The notes beneath the pieces are model-generated. The model did not search any database. It was not told where the DNA came from and saw only the letters and a list, made by a program, of their open reading frames with translations. Shown here piece by piece: positions 38,059 through 50,144 of a stretch of 64,000 nucleotides of DNA; the first letter of the stretch is position 1; every line of letters starts with the position of its first letter. Source of the stretch: SAR202 cluster bacterium AC-409-J13_OGT_754m (GTDB taxonomy: Bacteria; Chloroflexota; Dehalococcoidia; Lucifugimonadales; GCA-2712585); assembly GCA_009391235.1 (NCBI GenBank), contig VEXD01000004.1:5338-69337 (forward strand). Reading direction: 5' to 3'. The position numbers and the translations under genes are program-made.

Positions 38059-39579
38059 ATGACGACTCGTGGTTCAGATATAGTTTCGGTAATTAAGCGT
38101 CAAATAGAAGAGTTTCAGGGCGACCTTAAAATGATTGACGTCGGCACTGTTGTTGAAGCAGGCGATGGGATAGCTCGCATTCAGGGTCTCCAGGGAGTTC
38201 AATACAGTGAACTGCTGGAATTCCCGAATGGCATATTTGGCATGGCTCTAAACTTGGAAGAAGATACGGTCGGAGCGGTTGTTATGGGTGATCCTAACGC
38301 CGTTCGAGAGGGTGACACGGTTCGGTCTACAGGTCGAACTATTGAGGTTCCTGTTGGGGATGGACTACTGGGACGTGTAGTTGACGCTTTAGGAAGGCCT
38401 CTTGATGGTAAGGGCCCGATTGTTTCTGAAAAGACCAGACCTATGGAAAGGCTAGCTCCTAACGTAGTTGCAAGGCAATCAGTGGATACCCCAGTTCAGA
38501 CCGGTATTAAAGCGATAGATTCTATGATACCTATCGGTCGTGGACAGAGAGAGTTAATAATTGGAGATAGGTCAACAGGTAAATCTGCTGTTGCGATAGA
38601 TACTATCATTAATCAAAAAGGCCAAGACTTGCTTTGCATCTATGTAGCCATTGGGCAGAGGCAAGGCAAAGTGGCTCAAGTGGTTGCTACATTGGAGGAG
38701 GCAGGTGCTATGGAACATACGATAATAGTAGCTGCTAATGCTGCTGATCCTGCTCCATTGCAATATATAGCTCCCTATGTTGGATGTGCTATGGGTGAAG
38801 AATTTATGGAGTCAGGGAAAGAGGCGTTGATTATATACGATGATCTTACTAAACATGCTTGGGCCTATAGGGAAATGTCGCTGTTATTGCGACGACCAGC
38901 AGGTAGAGAAGCATATCCAGGCGATGTTTTCTATCTACATAGCAGACTTTTGGAACGAGCTGCTAAATTAGCTCCAGAGTATGGTGGCGGCTCTTTGACG
39001 GCCTTGCCAATCATTGAGACTCAAGCTGGCGACGTTGCTGCGTATGTTCCCACTAACGTGATATCTATCACAGATGGTCAAATTTATCTGGAACCTGAGT
39101 TGTTCAATGCTGGTGTAAGACCAGCAGTAAACGTAGGATTATCGGTATCCAGAGTAGGTGGTGCTGCACAAACGAAAGCAATAAGGAAAGTAGCCGGCAG
39201 ACTGCGTTTGGATCAGGCTCAATTTAGAGAGTTGGCGAGTTTTGCTCAATTTGGTACAGCAGATCTTGATCGTGCAACTAGAGCACAATTAGAAAGAGGA
39301 CAGCGCAGCACAGAGATTCTGAAGCAACCTCAAAATAAACCAATGTCTATGGCTAGGCAAGTTGCTGTATTTTATGCAATAACCAATGGATATATGGACG
39401 ATGTGCCAATTGCAAAATGCAGAGAATTCGAATTCAGTTTTCAAGCATATATGGAAACCTCCCAATCGGCTTTGGAGTCAAAAATATCAGATGTAAAGGA
39501 TTTGACTCCTGACCTAGAAGACGAATTGAAAAAGGCGATAGAAGATTTTAAATCAACTTTTATGCTTTCTGTACAATAG
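38059..39579 (+). CDS. atpA: F0F1 ATP synthase subunit alpha
   Basis: [42 protein letters not shown]; ATG 38059 after AGGAGG. Confidence 0.97.
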   Translation: MTTRGSDIVSVIKRQIEEFQGDLKMIDVGTVVEAGDGIARIQGLQGVQYSELLEFPNGIFGMALNLEEDTVGAVVMGDPNAVREGDTVRSTGRTIEVPVGDGLLGRVVDALGRPLDGKGPIVSEKTRPMERLAPNVVARQSVDTPVQTGIKAIDSMIPIGRGQRELIIGDRSTGKSAVAIDTIINQKGQDLLCIYVAIGQRQGKVAQVVATLEEAGAMEHTIIVAANAADPAPLQYIAPYVGCAMGEEFMESGKEALIIYDDLTKHAWAYREMSLLLRRPAGREAYPGDVFYLHSRLLERAAKLAPEYGGGSLTALPIIETQAGDVAAYVPTNVISITDGQIYLEPELFNAGVRPAVNVGLSVSRVGGAAQTKAIRKVAGRLRLDQAQFRELASFAQFGTADLDRATRAQLERGQRSTEILKQPQNKPMSMARQVAVFYAITNGYMDDVPIAKCREFEFSFQAYMETSQSALESKISDVKDLTPDLEDELKKAIEDFKSTFMLSVQ

Positions 39580-39594
39580 GAGTAGTTATTAGCG

Positions 39595-40458
39595 ATGCCT
39601 AGTTTGAGGGAGTTAAGGAGACGGATACGCAGTATAGAAAACACTGCGAAGGTCACTCATGCAATGGAAATGATAGCTGCTTCTAAGATGAGAAAGGCGC
39701 AAGGAGCAGTATTGTCTGGTAGGCCGTATGCGGAGAAAATACAGGAAGTAATCGCTAATCTTGAAGCTCAACAAGATGCTGTGGAATTAGTGCATCCTCT
39801 TTTAGAACGTAGGAACGTCCAAGATGTTACTCTAATTCATTTTACCCCTGACCGGGGTTTATGTGGTGGACTACATGGTAATTTAAATCGAGCGGTAGCG
39901 GAATTCATTTTGTCAAAAAAGGGATCCTCAGTTCAGGTAATTGCAGTAGGTAGAAAGGGAAGGGACTTTATAGTTAGAACAGGACTGAATCTGAAAGCAG
40001 AGTTTACTAATATGGGAGATCAACTCAAAGTCTCCGACATACTTCCACTTTCACAGATGGTTTTAGATGAATACTCGTCTGTTAGTACGGATGAGGTGTA
40101 TATAGCGTATCCTAGATTCGTATCCATGGCTGTTCAGCGTCCAACTATTGAACGAGTTATTCCGGTGGATCCTTCTGATCTACCTTATGAAGCAAAAGTT
40201 GGGTACATATATGAGCCGGATCCGATGGGTGTTCTAAATGTTCTATTACCCAGATATATAGAAATGCAAATATATCATGGATTATTGGAACTTAACGCTA
40301 GTGAACAGTCGGCAAGAATGGTTGCGATGCGCAATGCGACTGATAGTGCGAACGAAATGGTGGACGATCTGACACTTGAGTTAAATAAGGTCAGGCAAGC
40401 CAGTATAACTAATGAGCTTCTCGATATCATTGCTGGCACCATTGCCCTGAAAGGTTGA
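39595..40458 (+). CDS. atpG: F0F1 ATP synthase subunit gamma
   Basis: AMEMIAASKM, DRGLCG, SEQSARMVAM, RQASITNEL. Confidence 0.96.
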   Translation: MPSLRELRRRIRSIENTAKVTHAMEMIAASKMRKAQGAVLSGRPYAEKIQEVIANLEAQQDAVELVHPLLERRNVQDVTLIHFTPDRGLCGGLHGNLNRAVAEFILSKKGSSVQVIAVGRKGRDFIVRTGLNLKAEFTNMGDQLKVSDILPLSQMVLDEYSSVSTDEVYIAYPRFVSMAVQRPTIERVIPVDPSDLPYEAKVGYIYEPDPMGVLNVLLPRYIEMQIYHGLLELNASEQSARMVAMRNATDSANEMVDDLTLELNKVRQASITNELLDIIAGTIALKG

Positions 40459-40509
40459 ACGTAATTCGATAACATATTACTAACGTGGGGTTCAAGAACG
40501 ATATCTTGA

Positions 40510-41925
<1,416 letters not shown>

Positions 41926-41954
41926 ATACAGAATTGTTGAATTTGGATTAGAAA

Positions 41955-42383
41955 ATGAATTCTATTGAACTGCAAATTATCACTGCTGAGAGAGTAGTTT
42001 ACTCCGATAGTGTTGAGGCGGTTGTCGCCCCAGGCATTGAAGGAGAATTGGGTATTTTGCCCCATCATTCTGCTCTTATGACTAATCTTAAAGCAGGACC
42101 TCTAATGATACGAAAAGATGGCGAGGAGAGCTTTTTCGCCGTTACAGGTGGTTTCTTAGAAGTGATGGATAACCGAGTAACCATCTTGTCAGATGCTGCT
42201 GAGCATTCACAAGAAATAGATGAGAGTAGAGCTCAATTGGCTATGGAAAGAGCCAGTGAGAGACTGGAAAACAGGGAAGGGAATTTAGATTTAGAGAGGG
42301 CGTTGGCTCAGTTGAAACGAGCCCAAATACGTGTGGCTGTTTCACGTTTAAGAAAAATGCGTAGGGCTAATAGAGGTTTGTAG
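41955..42383 (+). CDS. atpC: F0F1 ATP synthase subunit epsilon
   Basis: GELGILPHH, GGFLEV and C-terminal helical hairpin. Confidence 0.95.
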   Translation: MNSIELQIITAERVVYSDSVEAVVAPGIEGELGILPHHSALMTNLKAGPLMIRKDGEESFFAVTGGFLEVMDNRVTILSDAAEHSQEIDESRAQLAMERASERLENREGNLDLERALAQLKRAQIRVAVSRLRKMRRANRGL

Positions 42384-42576
42384 TTTGCTGTAGGTCTGAG
42401 CGAAGCTGGCTGGCGAAAATATCGTATTCGTTCATTCCCTATTTTTCCACGACAATACCATTTAGGCTTAATATAATTTCTATCCTATCTGCAGTTCAGA
42501 CTTAAATGGATTAATTGTTGCATCATGTTACAATTGGTAATTCTTGCACGAGGGGACAAGACCTTTGCGAGAATTA

Positions 42577-42612
42577 GCTAATGGTCCCATAGAGTGGGAC
42601 CATTAGCATTTA
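42577..42612 (+). terminator. Strong hairpin (probable terminator) between atpC and plsY
   Basis: Perfect 13-bp stem GCTAATGGTCCCA/TGGGACCATTAGC, loop TAGAG, weak U-tract. Confidence 0.65.
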
Positions 42613-42720
42613 TGGCGTAGTAGAAATGAGTAGCGACTTAGGTGTATAAGTAGGTTTGGCTTGTTGAAATTAACGTGTGTTATTTGATAAGCCATTAATT
42701 TAAATTTTAGAAGGTATGAT

Positions 42721-43308
42721 TTGCATTCAATATGGTTTTATATAATTTGGTTGTTAGGCTCATATATCTTGGGTTCTGTGTTAGTCGGTGAATTGATTTG
42801 TAGGGCTAAAGGTATTGATATCAGAAAGTTGGGGACAGGAAATCCGGGCACTGCAAATATTTGGAGGCAGGTGGGGAAAAAGTATGGGATTGTTGTTTTC
42901 ATTCTGGATGTATTAAAGGGTGTTTTAGTAACACTCCCACTAGCCTTAATGAATGTAGAATTAACCTGGATAGCTGCCACTATGATTTGCACCTTGCTGG
43001 GGCAGTTTTTCCCCGTGTTCTTCAAGTTTAGAGGAAATACTGGCATGGCGGTGCTTTTTGGAACGTCTGCTGGATTAGTTCCTTTTGGGGCTCTGATAGG
43101 AGCTCCTATATTGATTTTGATGTTCATCATAAGTAAGAATTCGGGATTGTCTGGAGCTGTATTCTTTCTGGTGTGTGGGATCTCAGGAGCGTTTATATAT
43201 GTAGACGATTGGGAATGGTTAGGAGCCATCTATTTGTTGCTAGGAAGTGTCTTAGTCCTTATTAAGCAGCACTTTCAATATTCAGGCGACGATTCTCCTG
43301 AGCAATAG
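42721..43308 (+). CDS. plsY: Glycerol-3-phosphate acyltransferase
   Basis: SYILGS, DIRKLGTGNPGTAN, DVLKG, FPVFFKFRG; motif 2 is divergent (GNTG instead of GGKG). Confidence 0.8.
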   Translation: MHSIWFYIIWLLGSYILGSVLVGELICRAKGIDIRKLGTGNPGTANIWRQVGKKYGIVVFILDVLKGVLVTLPLALMNVELTWIAATMICTLLGQFFPVFFKFRGNTGMAVLFGTSAGLVPFGALIGAPILILMFIISKNSGLSGAVFFLVCGISGAFIYVDDWEWLGAIYLLLGSVLVLIKQHFQYSGDDSPEQ

Positions 43309-43373
43309 CGGTCGCAACACTCCGTACCCCCAAAAGGGACTATCCGTATAGAAGCCTCATTTCGTGCCTATAA

Positions 43374-44045
43374 TTACACTTTGTCGCCATCAGGTGACCT
43401 ATTAAGGTAGTAGGTCATTGATTGAAGGGCTAGGACTGGGTCCACATTTCTGACTTTTACATGCGGTGGCACTTGAGGATACATTGGAGCATAGTTCAGG
43501 ATTGACGTGATACCGCACGAAGTTATTAGTGCTACAACCTGTTGAGTCATATTGCTTGGCACTGCGGTGATACCTATTTTTATGTTGTGTTTATTTATAC
43601 TATCGTTTAGTTCATCAATAGGTTGGATAGTCAAACCCCCAATTGTTTGACCTATTATAGACGGATCTATGTCAAACGCTGCTTTAACCCTGAATCCTTC
43701 TGGAACAAATCCTGGATAGTTCAATATAGCTCTGCCTAGACGACCAGTTCCTATCAGGCAGACATGCCAATTTTTATTTAACCCTAAGACTCTCTGCAAT
43801 TCTGCAGCTAAATACCTGACGTTGTATCCTTTACCTTGTTTGCCAAATCTACCTATATGACTAAGGTCTTTGCGAATTTGTGTTGGAGTGACCTGCATTT
43901 TGACCCCTAATTGCAGTGAACTTATGACATCTATTCCAGCATCAGCGATGGAATTGAGGACGCGTAAGTATTGAGGTAGTCTTGCTATTACTATCTCTGG
44001 CACCTCAGTGCCGTTAGCAAACTGATTGGTGTCTTGGGGGGCCAT
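43374..44045 (-). CDS. rex: Redox-sensing transcriptional repressor Rex
   Basis: RLPQYLR, QIRKDLS, GKQGKGYNV, IGTGRLG, ILNYAP. Confidence 0.95.
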   Translation of the reverse strand: MAPQDTNQFANGTEVPEIVIARLPQYLRVLNSIADAGIDVISSLQLGVKMQVTPTQIRKDLSHIGRFGKQGKGYNVRYLAAELQRVLGLNKNWHVCLIGTGRLGRAILNYPGFVPEGFRVKAAFDIDPSIIGQTIGGLTIQPIDELNDSINKHNIKIGITAVPSNMTQQVVALITSCGITSILNYAPMYPQVPPHVKVRNVDPVLALQSMTYYLNRSPDGDKV

Positions 44046-44135
44046 GCAGCCTCCTTAAAAAGGACGAATCTGTGATAAATGTGTCTGCTTGGGAGTTAAG
44101 TTTAAGGAGTATAGAGATTCGTTATCCTTGTCCGG

Positions 44136-44164
44136 ATTGTAATTATGGCTCAAACAAGTGTCAA
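44136..44164 (-). promoter_or_regulatory. Near-consensus sigma70 promoter of rex
   Basis: Minus strand TTGACA (44164-44159), N17, TACAAT (44141-44136). Confidence 0.7.
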
Positions 44165-44219
44165 GGATAGTGATGTTTGGATTAAAGGGTTAGTTGTTTT
44201 CTAAGACAGGGAAATGCTC

Positions 44220-45026
44220 CTATGGGTATGGATGGATGGTCCAATCATTCCTTTGTGATTGCCTGCGTGGCCACAACGGATTACCTTTCACGAGATTATA
44301 AAATGTAGCAACGACAATTCCGGCTATAAAACCCCCTATATGGGCCCAATATGCAACGCCGTCATCAAATCCTCCAAGCGTACCTATTCCTTTTAGCAAT
44401 TGAAGGATAAACCAAAAGCCAAGCAATACAATGGTTGGCAGATGGACTACTGTTATAAAATAAAATATCACCAAGGTTCGTATTTTGCTAAACGGAAATA
44501 AAACCAAATATGCTCCTGTCACTCCTGATATGGCTCCACTTGCTCCGATCATTGGTGATATAGATTCAGTATCAAATATACTTTGAGCAAATATAGCTGC
44601 CAAGCCTGAAGCAATATAAAATACAAGGAATTTAAAATGACCGAACTTGAATTCTATATTGTCGCCGAATACCCACAAGTACAACATGTTGCTGGATAAA
44701 TGTATCCAACCGCTGTGAATGAACATTGAAGAGAATGCGGTCACCCAAGGGGTTACAGGTGAGGATATATCTGCCCTCAAAGGTATGGGCAGCCCCATGT
44801 ATTGTCCAGGTAAAATGGCGTGGGTTTGTTCTCTGCCTGAAAAGAGTTCTTTGGGTATGGCCCCCCATTTGTGAAAGAATTGCGTTACATCGAAAGAGTT
44901 GGACACAAAAATCGAACCGGCTAGCATTAATTCATAGAGAAATACTAAGCCATTAAGCCCTATAATAGCGTATACAATATATGGCTTTGCACCATGACCG
45001 ATATTTTGGTCCCCTATTGGAAGCAT
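44220..45026 (-). CDS. Rhomboid family intramembrane serine protease
   Basis: MFIHSGWIHL, FGDNIE, GASGAISG, AHIGGF. Confidence 0.93.
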   Translation of the reverse strand: MLPIGDQNIGHGAKPYIVYAIIGLNGLVFLYELMLAGSIFVSNSFDVTQFFHKWGAIPKELFSGREQTHAILPGQYMGLPIPLRADISSPVTPWVTAFSSMFIHSGWIHLSSNMLYLWVFGDNIEFKFGHFKFLVFYIASGLAAIFAQSIFDTESISPMIGASGAISGVTGAYLVLFPFSKIRTLVIFYFITVVHLPTIVLLGFWFILQLLKGIGTLGGFDDGVAYWAHIGGFIAGIVVATFYNLVKGNPLWPRRQSQRNDWTIHPYP

Positions 45027-45174
45027 GGGTTTTAGTTTAGCAGAAACAAGGATAATCCGGCCATAAAGATAGATATATTAATTATTTACTGATATAGATG
45101 CCCTAAGCATCGTTGATGCATGTTAATGTGTCCTTTATAATCAGCGGGTATATAAATGAACAGGGGAATAACAG

Positions 45175-46965
45175 GTGAAGGATAGAATCTATTGTAATCA
45201 GGTGGATATTTCGCAAATTGGCTCCACTTTAACAGTTGCGGGTTGGGTTCATCGTAGAAGAGACCACGGAGGATTGATTTTCATTGATCTCCGTGACCGG
45301 TCTGGTATTTTGCAGGTAGTATTTAATCCCGACATTAATCCTGAAGCCCATTCTTTGGTCCAAGAGGTTCGCTCAGAATGGGTTTTGAAGATCGATGGAA
45401 TAGTAGAAAAAAGACCTTTAGGAACAGTGAATACCCAAATGGATACAGGGCATGTTGAATTACATGCTAGTAATCTAACTATTCTTAATTCCTCTAAGGT
45501 GCCTCCATTCTACATTAATGAAGATCAGAAAATAGATGAAACCCTTAGATTGGAGTACAGATATTTAGATCTTAGAAGGGAAAGACTTCAGAAGAATATT
45601 CGTTTGAGATATGAGGTCGTGAAATTCATGAGGGATTTCTTCGACAAGAACGGATTTGTGGAGATTGAGACTCCGATTTTGATTAAGAGTACCCCAGAAG
45701 GAGCACGGGATTTTCTTGTGCCGAGTAGATTGCAACGAGGTTCATTCTACGCATTACCTCAATCGCCTCAGCAATTAAAGCAATTACTTATGGTGGCGGG
45801 CTTTGAAAAATATTTTCAGATAGCTCGTTGTTTCAGGGATGAAGATCTGAGAGCAGACAGACAACCAGAGTTTACGCAACTAGATATTGAGATGAGTTTT
45901 GTAGATGAGGAAGACATTTTGGACTTGATTGAAAACTTGTACGTTTCATTGGTCAGGGCGCTGACGCCTAACAAAAAGGTCACTACACCACTAGTGCGTC
46001 TTTCATATGAGGAAAGCATTGAAAAATACGGGAGTGATAAACCTGATTTGCGATTTGGATTGGAATTAGCAACCATTACAGATATAGCTCTCGATTCTAA
46101 GGCTCAAATTCTTCATAATATTGCTAACTCTGGGGGACTGGTTAAAGGATTTAGTGCGCCAGGATGCAGTGAATATAGCAGGAAACAAATAGATGAATTG
46201 ATAGAAATTGCTAAGGATTGCGGTGCGGCTGGGCTTGTGACAATCGGAATAGAGGATGGCGGTTCTATTGATGGATTAGAAATGGGCCAAGTTCGTTCGG
46301 GCCTGGCTAAGTATCTAGAGATAGAAGAAGTTAAAGCAATTTGCAGTAGAATGGGTGCAGGCAGAGGAGACTTGGTTTTAATAGTTGCGGGTGATTCTCT
46401 GATAGTAAACAGAGCTCTTTCTGTTTTAAGACAAGAAATGGCTAGGCGGCTCGATTTGATGGATTCTGATGTGTTGTCTTTAGCCTGGGTGGTTAATTTC
46501 CCTCTTTTAGAATGGCAACCTGATGAGAATAGATGGGATTCTCCACATAACCCGTTTTCTTCTCCCAAGGATGAACACGTAGGTCTTTTGTTGAGTGAAC
46601 CAGGGTCGGTAACTGCTAAGCAATATGATCTAATATGTAATGGATTTGAAATGGGAGGAGGGAGTATAAGGAATCATAAAGTGGACATGCAAAAGAAAAT
46701 ATTTGAGCTGATGGGACACTCAGAAGAACAAATGTATTCAGAGTTCGGACAATTATTAAATGCGTTGGAATATGGTGCTCCTCCCCACGGAGGGATAGCA
46801 TGTGGTGTTGAGAGGTTGGTTATGTTATTGGCTGATGAAGAGAATATTAGAGAAACCATGGTATTCCCCAAAACCCAGAGTGGCAGTGACCTGCTCTTTG
46901 GGTCACCAAGTCCTGTTGACGAAAGCCAACTTAAAGAATTGGGCTTGGAAATTATAAGTGAATGA
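45175..46965 (+). CDS. aspS: Aspartate--tRNA ligase, probably non-discriminating
   Basis: RRRDHGG (His typical of ND enzymes), LPQSPQ, CFRDEDLRADRQPEFTQ, GAPPHGG. Confidence 0.96.
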   Translation: MKDRIYCNQVDISQIGSTLTVAGWVHRRRDHGGLIFIDLRDRSGILQVVFNPDINPEAHSLVQEVRSEWVLKIDGIVEKRPLGTVNTQMDTGHVELHASNLTILNSSKVPPFYINEDQKIDETLRLEYRYLDLRRERLQKNIRLRYEVVKFMRDFFDKNGFVEIETPILIKSTPEGARDFLVPSRLQRGSFYALPQSPQQLKQLLMVAGFEKYFQIARCFRDEDLRADRQPEFTQLDIEMSFVDEEDILDLIENLYVSLVRALTPNKKVTTPLVRLSYEESIEKYGSDKPDLRFGLELATITDIALDSKAQILHNIANSGGLVKGFSAPGCSEYSRKQIDELIEIAKDCGAAGLVTIGIEDGGSIDGLEMGQVRSGLAKYLEIEEVKAICSRMGAGRGDLVLIVAGDSLIVNRALSVLRQEMARRLDLMDSDVLSLAWVVNFPLLEWQPDENRWDSPHNPFSSPKDEHVGLLLSEPGSVTAKQYDLICNGFEMGGGSIRNHKVDMQKKIFELMGHSEEQMYSEFGQLLNALEYGAPPHGGIACGVERLVMLLADEENIRETMVFPKTQSGSDLLFGSPSPVDESQLKELGLEIISE

Positions 46966-47139
46966 AACAGTATGAGTCATGATGTGCCTTGGATTTGACT
47001 ACCCATGGCGTGGCTTTCGCGAGTCTGCGTTGGATGAAAAAACAGGGAATATGATCAAGCAATATAAATAATTCTTGTGGGAACGGTTTCAGGATAGAAG
47101 CCATGTTGTTATAATTGATAGATGGGAGAACAAAACTAG

Positions 47140-48453
47140 TTGAATATTACAAGAGACGAATCTCTTCCAATAGAAGCCAACATTCTAGTAGAACTGGAAG
47201 AACAAGATATAGAGCCATATTTAGATAGGGGATACAGGAAAGTAGTATCTAAGGTGCGAGTGCCTGGATTTAGACCTGGGAAGGCTCCTAGAACTGTTAT
47301 AGAAAGAATGCTGGGTCGCGATCAGTTAATACATGAAGTATTGGATAGATTGATTGCAGAGTCGGTGGATTTGGCCGTAGAAAAAGAAGGCATTACACCA
47401 TTTGCAACTCCGGCAATTGAACTCATTAATCTTGATCCTATATCATTTAAGGCGAAGATTCCATTAGAACCTCAAGTAGATTTAGGTTCTTACCTTGATA
47501 TTAGACTTGACCAAGATATTGTATCAATAGAGGAAACCCATGTGGATGATGCAATTGAAAGAATTAGGATAAGTGTAGCTCCATGGGAACCGGTCGAACG
47601 TGCTGTTGAGTTTGATGATTTAGTGACATTGGATGTACACGGGAGCGTTGAAGGTAAAGTTATAATTGATCAAAAAGGAATAGATTATATACCGTCTGCA
47701 GATAACAACCTGCCGATTCCCGGATTTGCGGAACAGCTACAAGGTATTGATAAAGACGGTTCGAAGTCCTTTGGCATTATCATTCCTGAGGACTTTGGAG
47801 ATCCTGAAATGGCCGGCAAAGAATGTGAATTCTTTGCCAAAATAAATGGCATCAAACATAAAATGCTTGCTGAATTGGATGATGAGTTTGCCAAGGGAGT
47901 GGGAGAAGGATACGAGACATTCCAGCAATTAAGGGATTCCATAAGAGATAATTTGTCTAATACCGCTCAAAATCAGGCAGATCAGGAATTCCAAGAGAAG
48001 TTGTTACAAGAAGTCATCTCGGTGACTACTATGGAATTTTCTGATGTGATTGTAGAAAGAGAGATAGACAGGATTTTAGACGATCAAGAAGAATCTCTTA
48101 AATCTCAACGCATGGATATGGACACATATCTTAAACAAGTTGGAAAAACGCAAGAAGAAGTTAGGGAAGAACTTGATCCTGTCGCAAGAGATAGAATAAA
48201 GAGATCTCTAGTTCTTAGAAAACTTTCCGAGGAACAAAAAATAGAAGTATTAGATGAAGAGGTAGATGAAGGGATAAGTAAAATGTTAATGGGTTCGGGT
48301 GAGGTTAATGAATCGTTTAGACGTGCGATTGAAAAAGATTCATTCAAGAATTCATTTAGGTCTTCAATTGTAACTAGTAAAACTTTTGAAAGATTGATGG
48401 CAATAGCGAAAGGCGAAAAAGAGAATAATTTAGAGATTGAGAAAAAAGCATAG
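47140..48453 (+). CDS. tig: Trigger factor
   Basis: PGFRPGKAP ribosome-binding motif; FKBP-like domain (IPGFAEQL); upstream of clpP. Confidence 0.94.
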   Translation: MNITRDESLPIEANILVELEEQDIEPYLDRGYRKVVSKVRVPGFRPGKAPRTVIERMLGRDQLIHEVLDRLIAESVDLAVEKEGITPFATPAIELINLDPISFKAKIPLEPQVDLGSYLDIRLDQDIVSIEETHVDDAIERIRISVAPWEPVERAVEFDDLVTLDVHGSVEGKVIIDQKGIDYIPSADNNLPIPGFAEQLQGIDKDGSKSFGIIIPEDFGDPEMAGKECEFFAKINGIKHKMLAELDDEFAKGVGEGYETFQQLRDSIRDNLSNTAQNQADQEFQEKLLQEVISVTTMEFSDVIVEREIDRILDDQEESLKSQRMDMDTYLKQVGKTQEEVREELDPVARDRIKRSLVLRKLSEEQKIEVLDEEVDEGISKMLMGSGEVNESFRRAIEKDSFKNSFRSSIVTSKTFERLMAIAKGEKENNLEIEKKA

Positions 48454-48484
48454 ATTTATAGATTTAATGTAGGAGGTATCCAGA

Positions 48485-49096
48485 GTGATAAGCAACCCCG
48501 AAAATATTATACCGATGGTAATCGAAACAGGCCCTAGGGGTGAACGGGCCTTTGATATTTACTCACTACTTTTGAGAGAAAGAATCATTTTTTTGGGAAC
48601 AGCTATAAACGATCAGACATCTAATTTGATCGTTGCTCAATTGTTGTTTTTAGAACGCGAAGATCCAGATAAGGACATCAACCTGTACATAAACAGTCCC
48701 GGTGGTGTAATAACTTCTGGGTTAGCTATTTATGACACTATGGGTCTAATATCATGTGATGTTGCAACCATATGCGTTGGTATGGCTGCTAGCATGGCTA
48801 CGGTTTTGCTTACTTCAGGCACGAAAGGGAAGCGTTATGCTTTGGCCAACTCTACAATTCATATGCACCAGGCAATTGGTGGAGCTCAAGGCCAGGCCAG
48901 TGATATTGAAATCCAGGCTAGAGAGATACTGAGACTTCAGGATAAGATAAGAACTATCATTGCGAATAATACCGGACAGGATTATGAAAAAGTGGCGAGA
49001 GACACAGATAGAGATTATTATCTTTCTCCGGAAACGGCTTTGGAATATGGAATAATTGATGAGGTGCTTACGAAGAAAAAGGACCAGACTAAATAA
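48485..49096 (+). CDS. clpP: ATP-dependent Clp protease proteolytic subunit
   Basis: YINSPGG, GMAASMA (catalytic Ser), MHQ, DRDYY. Confidence 0.96.
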   Translation: MISNPENIIPMVIETGPRGERAFDIYSLLLRERIIFLGTAINDQTSNLIVAQLLFLEREDPDKDINLYINSPGGVITSGLAIYDTMGLISCDVATICVGMAASMATVLLTSGTKGKRYALANSTIHMHQAIGGAQGQASDIEIQAREILRLQDKIRTIIANNTGQDYEKVARDTDRDYYLSPETALEYGIIDEVLTKKKDQTK

Positions 49097-49163
49097 TCCG
49101 AAACAGGTTTAGGTGCTGATTCTAGCGATACAAAATAAACACTGCATGTTCTATTAGAAGCAG

Positions 49164-49820
49164 TTAAAGTTTAAATACCCGATTAGCTATCTTTGCATAT
49201 GTTGGGGCAAAGCGTGATAGCAATCTAGCCCTTTTGGTCACCTGGCTAGCCTTTGCTAAAGAAGCCTTGAATCCTTCTGGGGTGCCGTCGAATTCAGGCA
49301 TGGTTTGGTAGGTTCTGCCTAGTTCAGCAGCAGTGTGCGCGTCTGAGGATACAGCTGAGATGAAATTATAATAATCCGCTATTTGCCTGGCTTTTTTGTC
49401 GTCCGCTCGGAAAAGATTACGTGCATTAAAGCTCTCAACTATATCAACAAATTCTAGAATTTCCATGAAACCTTTATCTCCAAGTGCTGATGACCTGACT
49501 CTGTCGAATGGGTGAGGTATCATAACTAGACCGTGTTGGGCTTTAATTGCCTGAGCTGTTTCAGTAGGGGTTAAATTTGGTGGAATGTCTTCTTGAAGGA
49601 ATAATCCTATGATGTCACCGTAGGACGACTTAACTTCACTACCGGTTATAACGGTAAAAGGAGCTATTTTTTGTATTTCGAGAGCTCCTTTGATCGAGTT
49701 GTGATCAGTAATTGACACACAATTGATTTCGTGAAGAACACACATGCGGATTATTTGTTCCGGGGTTGCTCTAGAATCATTTGAAAAATGACTATGTATA
49801 TGTAAGTCTACTTTAAGCAC
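49164..49820 (-). CDS. PHP domain metal-dependent phosphoesterase
   Basis: DLHIHS, ITDHN, PHPFD, SSDAH. Confidence 0.9.
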   Translation of the reverse strand: MLKVDLHIHSHFSNDSRATPEQIIRMCVLHEINCVSITDHNSIKGALEIQKIAPFTVITGSEVKSSYGDIIGLFLQEDIPPNLTPTETAQAIKAQHGLVMIPHPFDRVRSSALGDKGFMEILEFVDIVESFNARNLFRADDKKARQIADYYNFISAVSSDAHTAAELGRTYQTMPEFDGTPEGFKASLAKASQVTKRARLLSRFAPTYAKIANRVFKL

Positions 49821-50113
49821 TAGGATTCTATTTCTGTATTGAGCAGGAGAGTCGAATTGCCAAATTGAGTTTTAAGGGTTTCGATTTTAAGCTCAGTGGC
49901 CTTAAGAAGTTCATTACAGTGTTTGGCTAATTCCATCCCTTGCTTATAAAGGTTGGTCGATTCTTCCAGAGTGAGATTGCCAGCTTCCAATGCTTTAGTG
50001 GTTTCTTCAAGTTTGTTATAGGCATCTTCAAAGGACATGCTTGCAACCACAGCAATTTCTTCAGAATCTTGAGATTTATCCATAGGATTCACCTTAATAT
50101 TAGTCTTTGTCAC
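49820..50113 (-). CDS. xseB: Exodeoxyribonuclease VII small subunit
   Basis: SFEDAYNKLE, LTLEES, YKQGMEL; adjacent to xseA. Confidence 0.9.
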   Translation of the reverse strand: MTKTNIKVNPMDKSQDSEEIAVVASMSFEDAYNKLEETTKALEAGNLTLEESTNLYKQGMELAKHCNELLKATELKIETLKTQFGNSTLLLNTEIES

Positions 50114-50144
50114 TATAACAGTACACTATTGTCATCCGGACTCT

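Noticed and set aside
42545-42592. Fluoride riboswitch resemblance (GCTAATG...)
   Set aside because: It lacks the 5' GGCGATGG-type stem and the 3' CTAC end; kept only as a generic structured-RNA candidate.
46979-47071. 30-codon ORF between aspS and tig
   Set aside because: No SD and no recognisable motif or TM character.
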